The notes under the pieces are model-generated. The model did not search any database. It saw only the letters and a list, made by a program, of their open reading frames with translations, and had not been told where the DNA came from. Both the position numbers and the translations under genes were made by a program. A DNA stretch of 64,000 nucleotides from Clostridia bacterium (GTDB lineage Bacteria; Bacillota; Clostridia; Oscillospirales; CAG-272), in contig JAGCXA010000014.1 of the NCBI GenBank assembly GCA_017961575.1, positions 17,980-81,979 on the forward strand, read 5' to 3'. This document shows positions 11,621 to 21,347 of this stretch, piece by piece; position 1 is the first letter of the stretch; each line of letters opens with the position of its first letter.

Positions 11621-13389
11621 TCCCGAAGGAAGTCGTCGAAGAGGTCGTCGCGCGCACCGACATCGTGCAGTTGATCTCCGGCTACGTGACGCTTCGCCGC
11701 GCCGGATCGAATATGGTCGGGCTTTGCCCCTTCCACAGCGAGCGGACCCCGTCGTTCACCGTCTTTCCGGGGACGAACGGTTTTTACTGCTTCGGCTGCG
11801 GCGCGGGGGGCGACGCGATCACCTTCGTCAGAAGGACCGAAAACCTCGATTATCCCGACGCCGTCGAGTTCCTTGCCAAGCGGGTCGGCGTCACCGTCAT
11901 CGACACCGACGTTCACGAAACGCGCTCGCGCTTCGATCGGAAACGGATGCTCGAAATGAACCGCGCGGCGGCGCATTTCTTCGTTGCGTCGCTGGACGCC
12001 GACACGCCGGAGGCGGCGGCGGCAAGGGAATACCTTTTCGGAAAGAGAGGGCTTTCCCGCGCGACCGTCACCCATTTCGGACTCGGCTACGCGCCGAACG
12101 GCTTTGAATCGCTGACGCGCCATCTCCGCTCGCTCGGTTACAGCGAGGACGAGCTGGTCGCCGGGGCGCTTTCGCGCAGAAGCGAAAAGACCGGCAATCT
12201 TTACGACTATTTCCGGGGGCGCGTCATGTTCCCGATCATCGACGTGACGGGGAACGTGATCGCCTTCGGCGGGCGGGTGCTCGACAACTCCGAGCCGAAA
12301 TACCTGAACACCTCCGACACCCCGGTCTTCAAAAAGCACCGCAACCTCTTCGCCCTCAACTTCGCGCGCACCGAGTGCGCCGAGCGGCTGATCCTCTGCG
12401 AGGGGTATATGGACGTCATCGCCCTGCACGCCGCCGGATTTCCGCAGGCGGTCGCCACCCTCGGCACCGCGATCACGCCCGATCAGGCGCGGATCATGTC
12501 GCGCTACTCGAAGAAAGTCGTGATCTCCTACGATATGGACGCCGCGGGACGGAAAGCCGCCGACAAGGCGATGAAACTGCTCGAAGAGGTCGGGGTCGAG
12601 GTCACGCTTCTGAAACTCACGGGGGCGAAGGACCCCGACGAGTTCATCCGGGTTTCGGGCGCCGAAGCTTTCCGCCGGGTCCTGGACGGGAGCCAGTCGA
12701 AGTTCGACTATACCCTCGACCGGATCCTCTCGAAATACGATCTTGACGACGCGCAGCAGAAGATCAACGCCCTCGGCGAACTGCGCGAGGTGATCGCGGG
12801 CTTCCCGTCCTCCGCAGAGCGCGAGGTCTATATCGGGGTCGTTTCGGACAAGTTCTCGATCCCGAAGAAATCGCTGCGCGACGACGTGGACCGCTCGATC
12901 GCAAGACAGCGCCGCGCGTACAGGAAAAAGGAAAACGACGTGCTTCGCCAGTCGATCACGGGTTATCAGGATCGGATCAATCCCGAATTCAGCCGGAAAC
13001 CCGGGGTCGCCAGAACCGAGGAGACCGTTCTCGGTCTGCTTCTGCTCGATCCGAAGTATCGCGCTCTGATCCACCGCGACGAGCCGATCCTCTCGGAAAA
13101 CGACTTTCTGACCGAGTTCTCCCGCCGCGTCTTTTGCGCGATCCGCGACCGGATCGGCGACGGGGAATGGGAGATCAGCGCGCTGAACGAGGATTTTACC
13201 CCCGAGGAGGTCGGGCGGATCTACGGGATGCGCAATCGCAGGATGCAGCTCTCGGACAACGGCGACAAGGTTTTCTCGGATTGCGTCGCCGCCCTGAAAG
13301 ACGCGGTCGGCAAAGAGAAGATCGCGCAGACGGACGATCCGATGGCGGCGCTGCAAGAGATTTTGAAAAATAAAAGAAACGATGGATAA
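11617..13389 (+). CDS. dnaG: DNA primase
   Basis: ATG at 11617 overlaps the upstream stop (ATGA). Zinc finger CPFHSERTPSF...CFGCGAGGD and TOPRIM motif EGYMDV. Confidence 0.93.
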   Translation: MIPKEVVEEVVARTDIVQLISGYVTLRRAGSNMVGLCPFHSERTPSFTVFPGTNGFYCFGCGAGGDAITFVRRTENLDYPDAVEFLAKRVGVTVIDTDVHETRSRFDRKRMLEMNRAAAHFFVASLDADTPEAAAAREYLFGKRGLSRATVTHFGLGYAPNGFESLTRHLRSLGYSEDELVAGALSRRSEKTGNLYDYFRGRVMFPIIDVTGNVIAFGGRVLDNSEPKYLNTSDTPVFKKHRNLFALNFARTECAERLILCEGYMDVIALHAAGFPQAVATLGTAITPDQARIMSRYSKKVVISYDMDAAGRKAADKAMKLLEEVGVEVTLLKLTGAKDPDEFIRVSGAEAFRRVLDGSQSKFDYTLDRILSKYDLDDAQQKINALGELREVIAGFPSSAEREVYIGVVSDKFSIPKKSLRDDVDRSIARQRRAYRKKENDVLRQSITGYQDRINPEFSRKPGVARTEETVLGLLLLDPKYRALIHRDEPILSENDFLTEFSRRVFCAIRDRIGDGEWEISALNEDFTPEEVGRIYGMRNRRMQLSDNGDKVFSDCVAALKDAVGKEKIAQTDDPMAALQEILKNKRNDG

Positions 13390-13401
13390 AGGGGAAAAAA
13401 G

Positions 13402-14496
13402 ATGAAGGACAACAAAATCGACGTCAAAGAACTCGTGGATCAGGAGAAAGGCGACGTATTCAACTCCGGCGTGATGCAGGCGCTCGACGATCTCGACTAC
13501 GACCTCGAACAGATGGAGCGCCTTTACGGCGGGATCGACGGCACGCCCGAAATGGCGGAACCCTCGGTCGTCAACAACGACGAGACGGCGCAGGAAGCGG
13601 CGCAGGACGCCGAGATCTACGACACGCCCGAAAAGATGGAAAAGATGCTCGCGCAGGAGGGGCTTGCGATCGACGACCCCGTGCGGATGTATCTGAAAGA
13701 GATCGGTAAGATCCCTCTGCTCGACCCCGACCGCGAGACCTACCTTGCCGAGCGGATCTCGCTCGGCGATCAGGCGGCGCGGAACGAGTTGGTCGAGGCG
13801 AACCTGCGGCTGGTCGTCAGCATCGCGAAACGCCACGTCGGGAAGGGGATGTATTTCCTCGATCTGATCCAGGAGGGCAACCTCGGACTGATGAAGGCGG
13901 TCGAGAAATTCGACTACCAGAAGGGATATAAATTCTCGACCTACGCGACCTGGTGGATCCGGCAGGCGATCACGCGCGCCATCGCGGATCAGGCGCGGAC
14001 CATCCGTATTCCCGTACATATGGTCGAAACGATCCACAAAGTTTCGCGCACCGCGCGGCAACTGTTGCAGGAGAACGGGCGCGAGCCGACCACCGACGAG
14101 ATCGCGAAGGAACTCGGTATGACCCCCGATAAGGTGCGCGAGATCATGAAGATCGCGCAGGATCCCGTTTCGCTCGAAACGCCGATCGGCGAGGAGGAGG
14201 ACAGCCACCTCGGCGACTTCGTCGAGGATACCGACAGCCCCGCGCCCTCGGAGACGGCGTCCTACGCGCTGCTCCGTGAGCAATTGCTCACCGTCCTGAA
14301 CACGCTGACCCCGCGCGAGGCGGACGTTCTGAAACTCCGGTTCGGTCTTGCCGACGGCAGACAGCGGACGCTGGAAGAGGTCGGGCGTCGCTTCAACATC
14401 ACCCGTGAACGCATCCGGCAGATCGAGGCGAAGGCGCTCCGGAAACTCCGTCATCCGAGCCGTTCCAAGATCCTGAAGGACTATCTCGACGTCTGA
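13402..14496 (+). CDS. sigA: Primary RNA polymerase sigma factor SigA/RpoD
   Basis: Signature [30 protein letters not shown] and region 4.2 [18 protein letters not shown]. Confidence 0.95.
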   Translation: MKDNKIDVKELVDQEKGDVFNSGVMQALDDLDYDLEQMERLYGGIDGTPEMAEPSVVNNDETAQEAAQDAEIYDTPEKMEKMLAQEGLAIDDPVRMYLKEIGKIPLLDPDRETYLAERISLGDQAARNELVEANLRLVVSIAKRHVGKGMYFLDLIQEGNLGLMKAVEKFDYQKGYKFSTYATWWIRQAITRAIADQARTIRIPVHMVETIHKVSRTARQLLQENGREPTTDEIAKELGMTPDKVREIMKIAQDPVSLETPIGEEEDSHLGDFVEDTDSPAPSETASYALLREQLLTVLNTLTPREADVLKLRFGLADGRQRTLEEVGRRFNITRERIRQIEAKALRKLRHPSRSKILKDYLDV

Positions 14497-14540
14497 CGGA
14501 CGATTTTGCGGATCCGGGGGCGTTTATTTTGCGAAAACGA

Positions 14541-14570
14541 TTGACAACAGCCCCCCGATTGTAGTAAAAT
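14541..14570 (+). promoter_or_regulatory. Sigma-A type promoter for the lipoprotein gene
   Basis: TTGACA (14541-14546), 18 nt, then TAAAAT (14565-14570). Confidence 0.55.
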
Positions 14571-14604
14571 ATATCCGTATGATTTCTGCCTCAATTGGAA
14601 AGGA

Positions 14605-16167
14605 ATGCAAATGATGAAAAGAGTATTCGCCGTACTTCTTCTCGGCTGCCTGCTTTGCCTGGCGCTCGCCGGATGCGGAAAGACCGATCTTGATAAATCT
14701 CAGGATTATATGGACTCCCACCCGCTGAAAGAGAAGAGTCTTTACAGCGTTTCCTTCTGCCTCGTCTCCGACGAGCTGATCGCCCCCGACGCGCTTTCGG
14801 GGATGCAGGATCATTTCAACCGCTATACCGAAGCCAACTATAATATCCACGTCGAATTCACCAACGTGAAGGCGTCGGAGTACGCCGCGTGGCTCGACGA
14901 GAAGTTCGCCGCGGTCGAGGAGGCGTACGAGGAAGCCGCCGCCAAAGCGGCGGAATTGGCGGCGCAGTATCAGGAATACATGAATAACGGGGATTACCAA
15001 GCCGCCGCCGCGCTCATTGAAGAAGCGCGCGGCACTTACGGCAATCTCGGTTCCGACGTGCGCGACGTCTATCCCGAGATCCTTCCGTATCAGTTCGACC
15101 TGATCTATATCGCCGACTACGAGATGCTTTCCTCGCTCGTCGAGGCGAGACGCCTGCGCGATCTGTACCCCGAACTGACGAGCACCGATTACCGCCTCAT
15201 CAAGAAGCATATGACCGAACGGTTCTTCGACGCGGCGATCTTGAACGACACGATCTACGCCGTTCCCAACTGCCGCGTGATGGCAAATTACAGCTATCTG
15301 CGCGTCAACGCGGAGAAGGCGACGTCCCTGAACCAGATCGAGAGTATGCTGTCGACCTATTCGAGCACGCGGTACCTGCGCGCCGGGATCCAGGAACTCG
15401 GGGACGACCCCGCCGATTACGTTCAGCGGAATCTCGTCGGCGACTACGCCTACCGTGAGACGCTGGCGGAGAGGGACGCGGACGGAAAGGCGACCTGGTG
15501 GGTCTACTCCGCGGCGGACGAACAGCGCCCGTCGATCAATCAGAGCGAACTCTTCAAGGGCGCGCTTGCCGTGACCTCCTACGCCATCGTCGACGGCAGG
15601 GACGCGCAGACGACCGAGGACGATTTCTGCCCGGCGGTCAAGATCCTGTACGAGATCGACACCAATCCGGCGCTTCATACCATCCTGCAATACGGTATTC
15701 CCGGGATGACCTATACGCTGAAACAGGTCGCCGAGGGAGGGAAGACCGCAACGGTCGTGAACAAGATCAACGATACCGGTTTTACCTACGAGATCGATCC
15801 GAAGTATACCGGCAACGTCTTCTCGCTCTATCCCACAGAGGAGGAATTCGCCGCCGGAGCGCAGGATAACGCCCGCCGTCAGAACGAAGATACGACCGTG
15901 AAGAGCGAGATCTACGGCGTGACCGTTACCGTCAAACAGCCCGAAGGCGCGGGATGCACCGCCTCCGCCAACCGTCCGTTCACCAAACTGACCGAGACCG
16001 TTTCGGTCTCGGCGACCCCCGCTGACGGATACGTGTTCAAGCAGTGGACGTGGACCGACGGCGAAAACACCTTTGAGTCGACCGAGCCCGTCATCGATCC
16101 CTTCGAGTATTCCACCACCATTACCAAGATTGAGGCGACGTTCGAGAAGGCGCCGACAGCGGAATGA
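14605..16167 (+). CDS. Lipoprotein with a solute-binding-protein-like body and a C-terminal Listeria-Bacteroides-type repeat
   Basis: Signal peptide with lipobox LALAGC. SBP family-1-like segments (DTIYAVPNCRVMANYSYLRVNAEKA). C-terminal VTVTVKQPEGAG...ATPADGYVFKQWTW resembles the Flg_new/List_Bact repeat. True start may be ATG 14611 or 14614. Confidence 0.65.
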   Translation: MQMMKRVFAVLLLGCLLCLALAGCGKTDLDKSQDYMDSHPLKEKSLYSVSFCLVSDELIAPDALSGMQDHFNRYTEANYNIHVEFTNVKASEYAAWLDEKFAAVEEAYEEAAAKAAELAAQYQEYMNNGDYQAAAALIEEARGTYGNLGSDVRDVYPEILPYQFDLIYIADYEMLSSLVEARRLRDLYPELTSTDYRLIKKHMTERFFDAAILNDTIYAVPNCRVMANYSYLRVNAEKATSLNQIESMLSTYSSTRYLRAGIQELGDDPADYVQRNLVGDYAYRETLAERDADGKATWWVYSAADEQRPSINQSELFKGALAVTSYAIVDGRDAQTTEDDFCPAVKILYEIDTNPALHTILQYGIPGMTYTLKQVAEGGKTATVVNKINDTGFTYEIDPKYTGNVFSLYPTEEEFAAGAQDNARRQNEDTTVKSEIYGVTVTVKQPEGAGCTASANRPFTKLTETVSVSATPADGYVFKQWTWTDGENTFESTEPVIDPFEYSTTITKIEATFEKAPTAE

Positions 16168-16210
16168 ATTACGGAAGCGTCGTCTGTCTTGTTCGGAACG
16201 ACGCCGAAAC

Positions 16211-16298
16211 GGGGAACGCCGGAACGCTCCGGCGTTCCCCCTCGTCTGTCCTTTGACCGAAAGGGCGGAGAATCGCCCGGTCAACCGGGCGGGGTTTT
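16211..16298 (+). terminator. Two tandem GC hairpins after the lipoprotein gene (probable terminator)
   Basis: 12-bp stem ggggaacgccgg/ccggcgttcccc (16211-16240) and 7-bp stem cgcccgg/ccgggcg (16274-16291) followed by gggtttt. The U-tracts are weak. Confidence 0.45.
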
Positions 16299-16337
16299 CA
16301 AGAATAATACAATAATCACGATATTTCGGAGGTTGCA

Positions 16338-17819
16338 ATGATTAAATTCGGATGGGCTGAAACCGACGTCACACCCAAGGAAAAGATCTCCTTGCAGGGC
16401 GAGTTCTACGAGCGCGTGACGAACGAGGTCGAAACGCCACTGACCGTGACGGCGCTCGCGATCGACGCCGACGGGGAGCAGACGGTCTTCGTATCCTGCG
16501 ATCTGGTCGAGATCCCGACGCAGACGGTCGAAGAGGTGCGCGAAAAGGTCAACGCCCCGGGTCTTGATCCCATGAAGATCATTATTTCGGCGGTCCATAT
16601 CCACAACTCGTATACGATGCCCGCGATGATCCCGTTCCCGTTCGAAAAGGGACGGAACTCGCTCAAAATGATTATGCAGTACAAGCCCGACGACTGCGTT
16701 TACGTACCAGAGGTGACCTCCGACGACTGTATGACCCCCGACGAATCGGAAGAGTACCTCGTCGCCGCGATCGCCAAGACGGTCGAGACCGCGTGGGCGA
16801 CCCGCGCTCCCGGCGGATACGCCGCCGGATTCGGACGCGCCGCCGTCGGGATGAACCGCCGCGTCTGCTATTCCGACGGAACGGCGAAGATGTGGGGCGA
16901 CGCCGACACCGCGACCTTCACTGAACTCGAAGGCGGGAACGACAACGGCGTCGAGATGCTGTTCGTTTACAACGATAAAAAGCAGCTGACCGGGGTTCTC
17001 GCGAATATCGCCTGCCCCGCGCAGGTGATGGAACAGCGTTCGGTCATCTCCTCCGACTATTGGGGCAAGGTCAAGATCCTGCTCCGCGAGAAGTACGGCA
17101 AGGGGATCTTCCTGCTTCCGCTCTGCGCGGCGGCGGGCGACCAATGCCCGCGCGATCTTATCCGCTGGGTCGAGCCCGAAACGCCGATCAAGGATCCGAA
17201 CGTGATCCGCAACAATCCGAAGCCGCGCGACGCAGACCCCTCGATGTTCGACGTCAAGGGAACCTGGAAGATCGGACGCCGCGTCTTCAACGAGATCGAA
17301 GCCGCGCTCGACGAGGTCACCGAGATCAAGACCGAGGCGGTCCACCGCCACGAGGTCGAGACGCTGAAACTTCCGCTCCGGCGCGTCACCGACGCAGAGT
17401 GCGCCGCGGCAAAGCAAGCCATGAAGGATTTCTTCAAGGGGAAGACCGTCCTGAACTATATGGACTCCGCCGCGCTTTACGTCTACGCCGGAACGGTCCT
17501 GCGCCACTCGCTCCAGGAACACAACTCGATCCTCCCGATCGAGGTGCAGTACGTGCGGCTCGGCGATCTGGCGTTCGCCAGCAATCCCTTCGAACTCTTC
17601 CTCGACTACGGCAACCAGATCCGCGCGCGGAGCGCGGCGCGGCAGACCTTCCTGCTGCAACTGACGAACGGGTCGCTCGGATACCTCCCGACCGAAAAAG
17701 CCGAGAAACACGGGCATTACAGCGCCTACGTTTCGAGCGGTTACGTCGGGCACGAGGGCGGCGCGCTCCTCGTCTCGGAAACGCTGGAAGTCATCAACCG
17801 TCTGTTTGATATCGTTTGA
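16338..17819 (+). CDS. Hypothetical hydrolase resembling the neutral/alkaline ceramidase N-terminal domain
   Basis: 493 aa. The pattern GWAETDVTP ... FVSCDL ... SAVHIHNS parallels the ceramidase GxAxxDITP ... DL ... ATHTHSGP. Function tentative, coding status strong. Confidence 0.6.
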   Translation: MIKFGWAETDVTPKEKISLQGEFYERVTNEVETPLTVTALAIDADGEQTVFVSCDLVEIPTQTVEEVREKVNAPGLDPMKIIISAVHIHNSYTMPAMIPFPFEKGRNSLKMIMQYKPDDCVYVPEVTSDDCMTPDESEEYLVAAIAKTVETAWATRAPGGYAAGFGRAAVGMNRRVCYSDGTAKMWGDADTATFTELEGGNDNGVEMLFVYNDKKQLTGVLANIACPAQVMEQRSVISSDYWGKVKILLREKYGKGIFLLPLCAAAGDQCPRDLIRWVEPETPIKDPNVIRNNPKPRDADPSMFDVKGTWKIGRRVFNEIEAALDEVTEIKTEAVHRHEVETLKLPLRRVTDAECAAAKQAMKDFFKGKTVLNYMDSAALYVYAGTVLRHSLQEHNSILPIEVQYVRLGDLAFASNPFELFLDYGNQIRARSAARQTFLLQLTNGSLGYLPTEKAEKHGHYSAYVSSGYVGHEGGALLVSETLEVINRLFDIV

Positions 17820-17842
17820 AATATCGAAAGGAAATAAGAACA

Positions 17843-19195
17843 ATGGGAAAAATCGGATTCGTAGGTTTCGGAGAAGTCAATACCCCGGTCGACGTGATCG
17901 TACGGAAATGCAAAGCGGCGGAGGCGGCGCTCAAAGAGGAGGGACTTGATCTCGTTTCGGTCTATCCCGTCGCCGACGATTACGAGGAGACGCAGGTCAA
18001 GGACGCCGTGAAGCGTCTGAAAGCCGAGTCATTCGACGCGCTCGTCGTCTGCGTCGCGGGCTGGATCCCGACCCACGCCGTCGTGAAGGTGACCGAACAG
18101 TTCCGCCATCTGCCGATGGTGCTCTGGGGTCTTTGCGGCTGGTACGAGGGCGACCGTCTCGTCACGACCGCCGATCAGGCGGGCACGACGGGTCTCCGCG
18201 CGACCTTCGAGGGGCTCGGATACACCTTCAAATACGTTTACGACGTGATGGGGAGAAAGACCAAGAGCGCCGTCGTCGCGTCCTACTGCCGCGCCGCCGT
18301 CGCCGCGAAGGAACTCCTCTCGGAGAAGGTCGGTATGGCGGGCTACCGCGATATGAACCTCTACGGAACGCTCTACGACGGCATCTCGCTCAAAGCCAAG
18401 ACCGGCGTTGAGATCGAGACCTTCGAGATGCTCGAAATGCAGCAGAGATACGAGAAGATCACCGACGCCGAGAAGGAAAAGGTGGTCGAGACCCGCATCA
18501 AGAAGTGGCACTTCTTGAAGCCCGCGAACCCCGACGCGATGAAGAAGGCGGCGGGCTACTACCTCGCCGTCAAGCAAATCGCCGAGGAGCGGAACTACCG
18601 CTCGATCTCGATCAAGGACGTCGACGGGATGAAGAAACTCTGCGGATTCCCGCCCGCCCCGATCTTTATGCTTCTCTCCGAGGACGGCTACACCACGGTC
18701 CCCGAGAACGATTCGCTCGGCGCCGTGACGCAGTTGATGATGAACAAACTGACGGGTCAGCTCGCCGGATACCTTGAATTCTACGAGTTCTTCGACACCA
18801 GCATGCTCGCCGGCGTGCCGGACTTCGTCGCCGCCGATATGGTGGACGGCGATACCTACACCGTGCTTCCCGCCGCGTTCGGTCTGCTCGATCAGGGCAT
18901 CCTGAACGTCTCGAAGGTGAAGACCGGGACGGTCACGATGTCGCGTCTCACCTTCAAGGACGGCAAGTACACGATGCAGATCATTCTCGGCGACGGCAAG
19001 ACCCCGCCGAAGTGGGAGGAGTGCGGATGGGATCAGCCCGCGCCGCAGCTCTCCGCGTTGAAGATCGAGATCCCCGACGTCGAGCGTTTCGCCGAGAACG
19101 TCGCCTGCCAGCACTACATCATCACCTACGGCGATAACCGTCAGGCGATCCGCAACCTCTGCGCGATCCTCGGGATCGACGTGCTCGAACTCTGA
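17843..19195 (+). CDS. L-fucose/L-arabinose isomerase family protein
   Basis: ATG at 17843 follows GAAAGGAAA. The Rossmann-like N-terminus MGKIGFVGFGEVNTP and overall length and layout fit FucI-like sugar isomerases. Substrate unknown. Confidence 0.7.
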   Translation: MGKIGFVGFGEVNTPVDVIVRKCKAAEAALKEEGLDLVSVYPVADDYEETQVKDAVKRLKAESFDALVVCVAGWIPTHAVVKVTEQFRHLPMVLWGLCGWYEGDRLVTTADQAGTTGLRATFEGLGYTFKYVYDVMGRKTKSAVVASYCRAAVAAKELLSEKVGMAGYRDMNLYGTLYDGISLKAKTGVEIETFEMLEMQQRYEKITDAEKEKVVETRIKKWHFLKPANPDAMKKAAGYYLAVKQIAEERNYRSISIKDVDGMKKLCGFPPAPIFMLLSEDGYTTVPENDSLGAVTQLMMNKLTGQLAGYLEFYEFFDTSMLAGVPDFVAADMVDGDTYTVLPAAFGLLDQGILNVSKVKTGTVTMSRLTFKDGKYTMQIILGDGKTPPKWEECGWDQPAPQLSALKIEIPDVERFAENVACQHYIITYGDNRQAIRNLCAILGIDVLEL

Positions 19196-19198
19196 TCT

Positions 19199-20641
19199 GT
19201 GAAAACGATGAAAACCTTTCTCGGACTTGACGTCGGCACGACGTCGCTGAAAGCCGCGATCTTCGACGAAACGGGGAAGCGGCTGGGGTTCCGGTCGGTC
19301 GACTATACGCTCGACACCGACCCCGTGTCCGGTACGATCGAGTTTGACGCCGAATCCTACATCACGATGTGCCGCCGCGTGATCGCGGAACTCTCCGACG
19401 AATGCGGCGCGCCCGACGCGCTCTCGGTCGATACGCAGGGCGAGACCATGATCCTCACCGACAGAGACGGAAAACCCCTTTGTCCCGCCGTCGTCTGGCT
19501 CGACAACCGCGCCGAAAAAGAGGCGGAGGAAGTCAAGCGCGATTTCGGTCTGAAACGGGTTTACGAGGTCACGGGACAGCCCGAGATCACGGCGGGGTGG
19601 CCGGCGTGCAAACTTCTCTGGTTCAAACGCAACCGCCCCGAGATCTTCGACCGGATCGACAAGGTGTTCCTGCTCGAAGACTGGATCCTCTATCGGCTGA
19701 CCGGGAACTTCGTGACCGAGCCGACCATCCAGTCCTCCTCGGTCTACTTCGACGTCTCGAAGCGCGACTGGTGGCGCGAAATGCTCGACTATATCGGTCT
19801 TCCCGAATCCCGTTTTCCGCGCGTTTTGCACAGTATGGAGGTCTGCGGGGAATACAACGGGATCAAGGTCGTGACGGGGGCGCTCGACCAGATCGCCGGA
19901 ACCGTCGGCTGCGGCGTCGTCGACGAGAGCGAGATCAGCGAGATGACCGGGACGATCATGGCGATCTGCGCGATGACCGATTCCATCCCGCCCTACGATC
20001 CCGCCAGCATCATCCCCTGCCACCTTCACGCGATCGAGGGGAAGTATTGCCGCATCCTCTGGTCGAGTACCGCCGGAATGGCGCTCAAATGGTTCAAAAA
20101 CGGGTTTTCCGAGAACTATTCCTTCAAGGAACTCGACGAACTCGCGAAGAAGATCCCGGCGGGCTCCGACGGTATGACCGTCCTTCCGTACTTCACGGGA
20201 TCGACGATGCCGAAATACAATCCCGAGGCGACGGCGGTTTTTTCGGGCGTAACGCTCGCCCATACGCGGGGGCATTTCGCCCGCGCGATCATGGAGTCGA
20301 TCGCGTTTCTGCTCCGTGAGGACCTTGCCTACATCGGCGCGGACGGCATCCGCGAGATCCGGATCACCGGGGGCGGCGCGTCAAGCCCGCTCTGGGCGCA
20401 GATCAAAGCCGACGTGACGGGGAAGACCCTCCGCACGGTCAGCGAGAGCGAGACGGCGTGTCTCGGATGCGCGGTCTTCGCCGCGGTCGGGATCGGGGCG
20501 TTCCCGTCGGTGTCCGACGCCGCCGGGAAACTCGTTCGTCCCGACAAACGCTACGTTCCCTCCGGCGCGGATTACGAGGACGCCTACCGCCGATTCGCCG
20601 CGCTCGACGAGAAAATGAATCAAGTACCGAAAGGAAACTGA
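19199..20641 (+). CDS. FGGY-family carbohydrate kinase (xylulokinase-like)
   Basis: N-terminal FLGLDVGTTSLKA and C-terminal ITGGGASSPLWAQIKADV motifs of FGGY kinases. Alternative start ATG 19208. Confidence 0.85.
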   Translation: MKTMKTFLGLDVGTTSLKAAIFDETGKRLGFRSVDYTLDTDPVSGTIEFDAESYITMCRRVIAELSDECGAPDALSVDTQGETMILTDRDGKPLCPAVVWLDNRAEKEAEEVKRDFGLKRVYEVTGQPEITAGWPACKLLWFKRNRPEIFDRIDKVFLLEDWILYRLTGNFVTEPTIQSSSVYFDVSKRDWWREMLDYIGLPESRFPRVLHSMEVCGEYNGIKVVTGALDQIAGTVGCGVVDESEISEMTGTIMAICAMTDSIPPYDPASIIPCHLHAIEGKYCRILWSSTAGMALKWFKNGFSENYSFKELDELAKKIPAGSDGMTVLPYFTGSTMPKYNPEATAVFSGVTLAHTRGHFARAIMESIAFLLREDLAYIGADGIREIRITGGGASSPLWAQIKADVTGKTLRTVSESETACLGCAVFAAVGIGAFPSVSDAAGKLVRPDKRYVPSGADYEDAYRRFAALDEKMNQVPKGN

Positions 20642-20642
20642 A

Positions 20643-21347
20643 ATGTACCGCAATTACAAGATCCGCGCACCTTATTTCGAGATCGGACCCAAGTGCTTCA
20701 TGTGGGGCGAGCGGATGCTGAAACTCGCCAAGAAGATCGACGAGATCGCCGGGAAATACGACCTCGACGTGATCGTTACCCCGCAGTACGTCGACATCCG
20801 TCTGCTTGCCGAGAACACCGAGAATATCCACGTCTACGCCCAGCATATGGACACGCTTCGTCCGGGGCGCGGGCTCGGCTCGGTCTTGCCCGAGTCGGTG
20901 AAGGCGGCGGGCGCGGTCGGCGTGATGCTGAACCACGCCGAAAAGAAACTGACGCTCGACGAGATCCGTGAGAGCATCGCGCGCGCCGACGAGGTCGGAC
21001 TTGCCTCCATCGTCTGCGCCGACAGCGTCGAGGAGATCCGGCAGGTCGCCCTGATGGGTCCGAACCTCATCGTCGCCGAGCCGACCGAACTGATCGGGAC
21101 GGGGGTAGCGAGCGATATGGGCTACGTCCGCGACACCATCGAGGCGGTCAGACGGATCAATCCCGACATTATGGTTCTGCAGGGCGCCGGGATCTCCGGA
21201 CCCGAGGACGTTGCGAACGTCATCCGCGCGGGCGCGCAGGCGACGGGATGCACCAGCGGCGTGATGAAAGCGAAGGATCCCGAGGCGGCGGCGGAGGAAA
21301 TGCTCTGGACGCTCCGCAAGACCTGGGACGAGGTACACGGGAAATGA
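20643..21347 (+). CDS. Triose-phosphate isomerase family protein, short archaeal-type paralog
   Basis: 234 aa. Catalytic-region motifs LNHAEKK and VAEPTELIGTG match the archaeal short TIM pattern rather than the bacterial AYEPVWAIGTG. Confidence 0.75.
   Translation: MYRNYKIRAPYFEIGPKCFMWGERMLKLAKKIDEIAGKYDLDVIVTPQYVDIRLLAENTENIHVYAQHMDTLRPGRGLGSVLPESVKAAGAVGVMLNHAEKKLTLDEIRESIARADEVGLASIVCADSVEEIRQVALMGPNLIVAEPTELIGTGVASDMGYVRDTIEAVRRINPDIMVLQGAGISGPEDVANVIRAGAQATGCTSGVMKAKDPEAAAEEMLWTLRKTWDEVHGK

Noticed and set aside
11557-14454. 965-aa minus-strand ORF antisense to dnaG and sigA
   Set aside because: Shadow ORF opposite two universally conserved genes, with no motifs.
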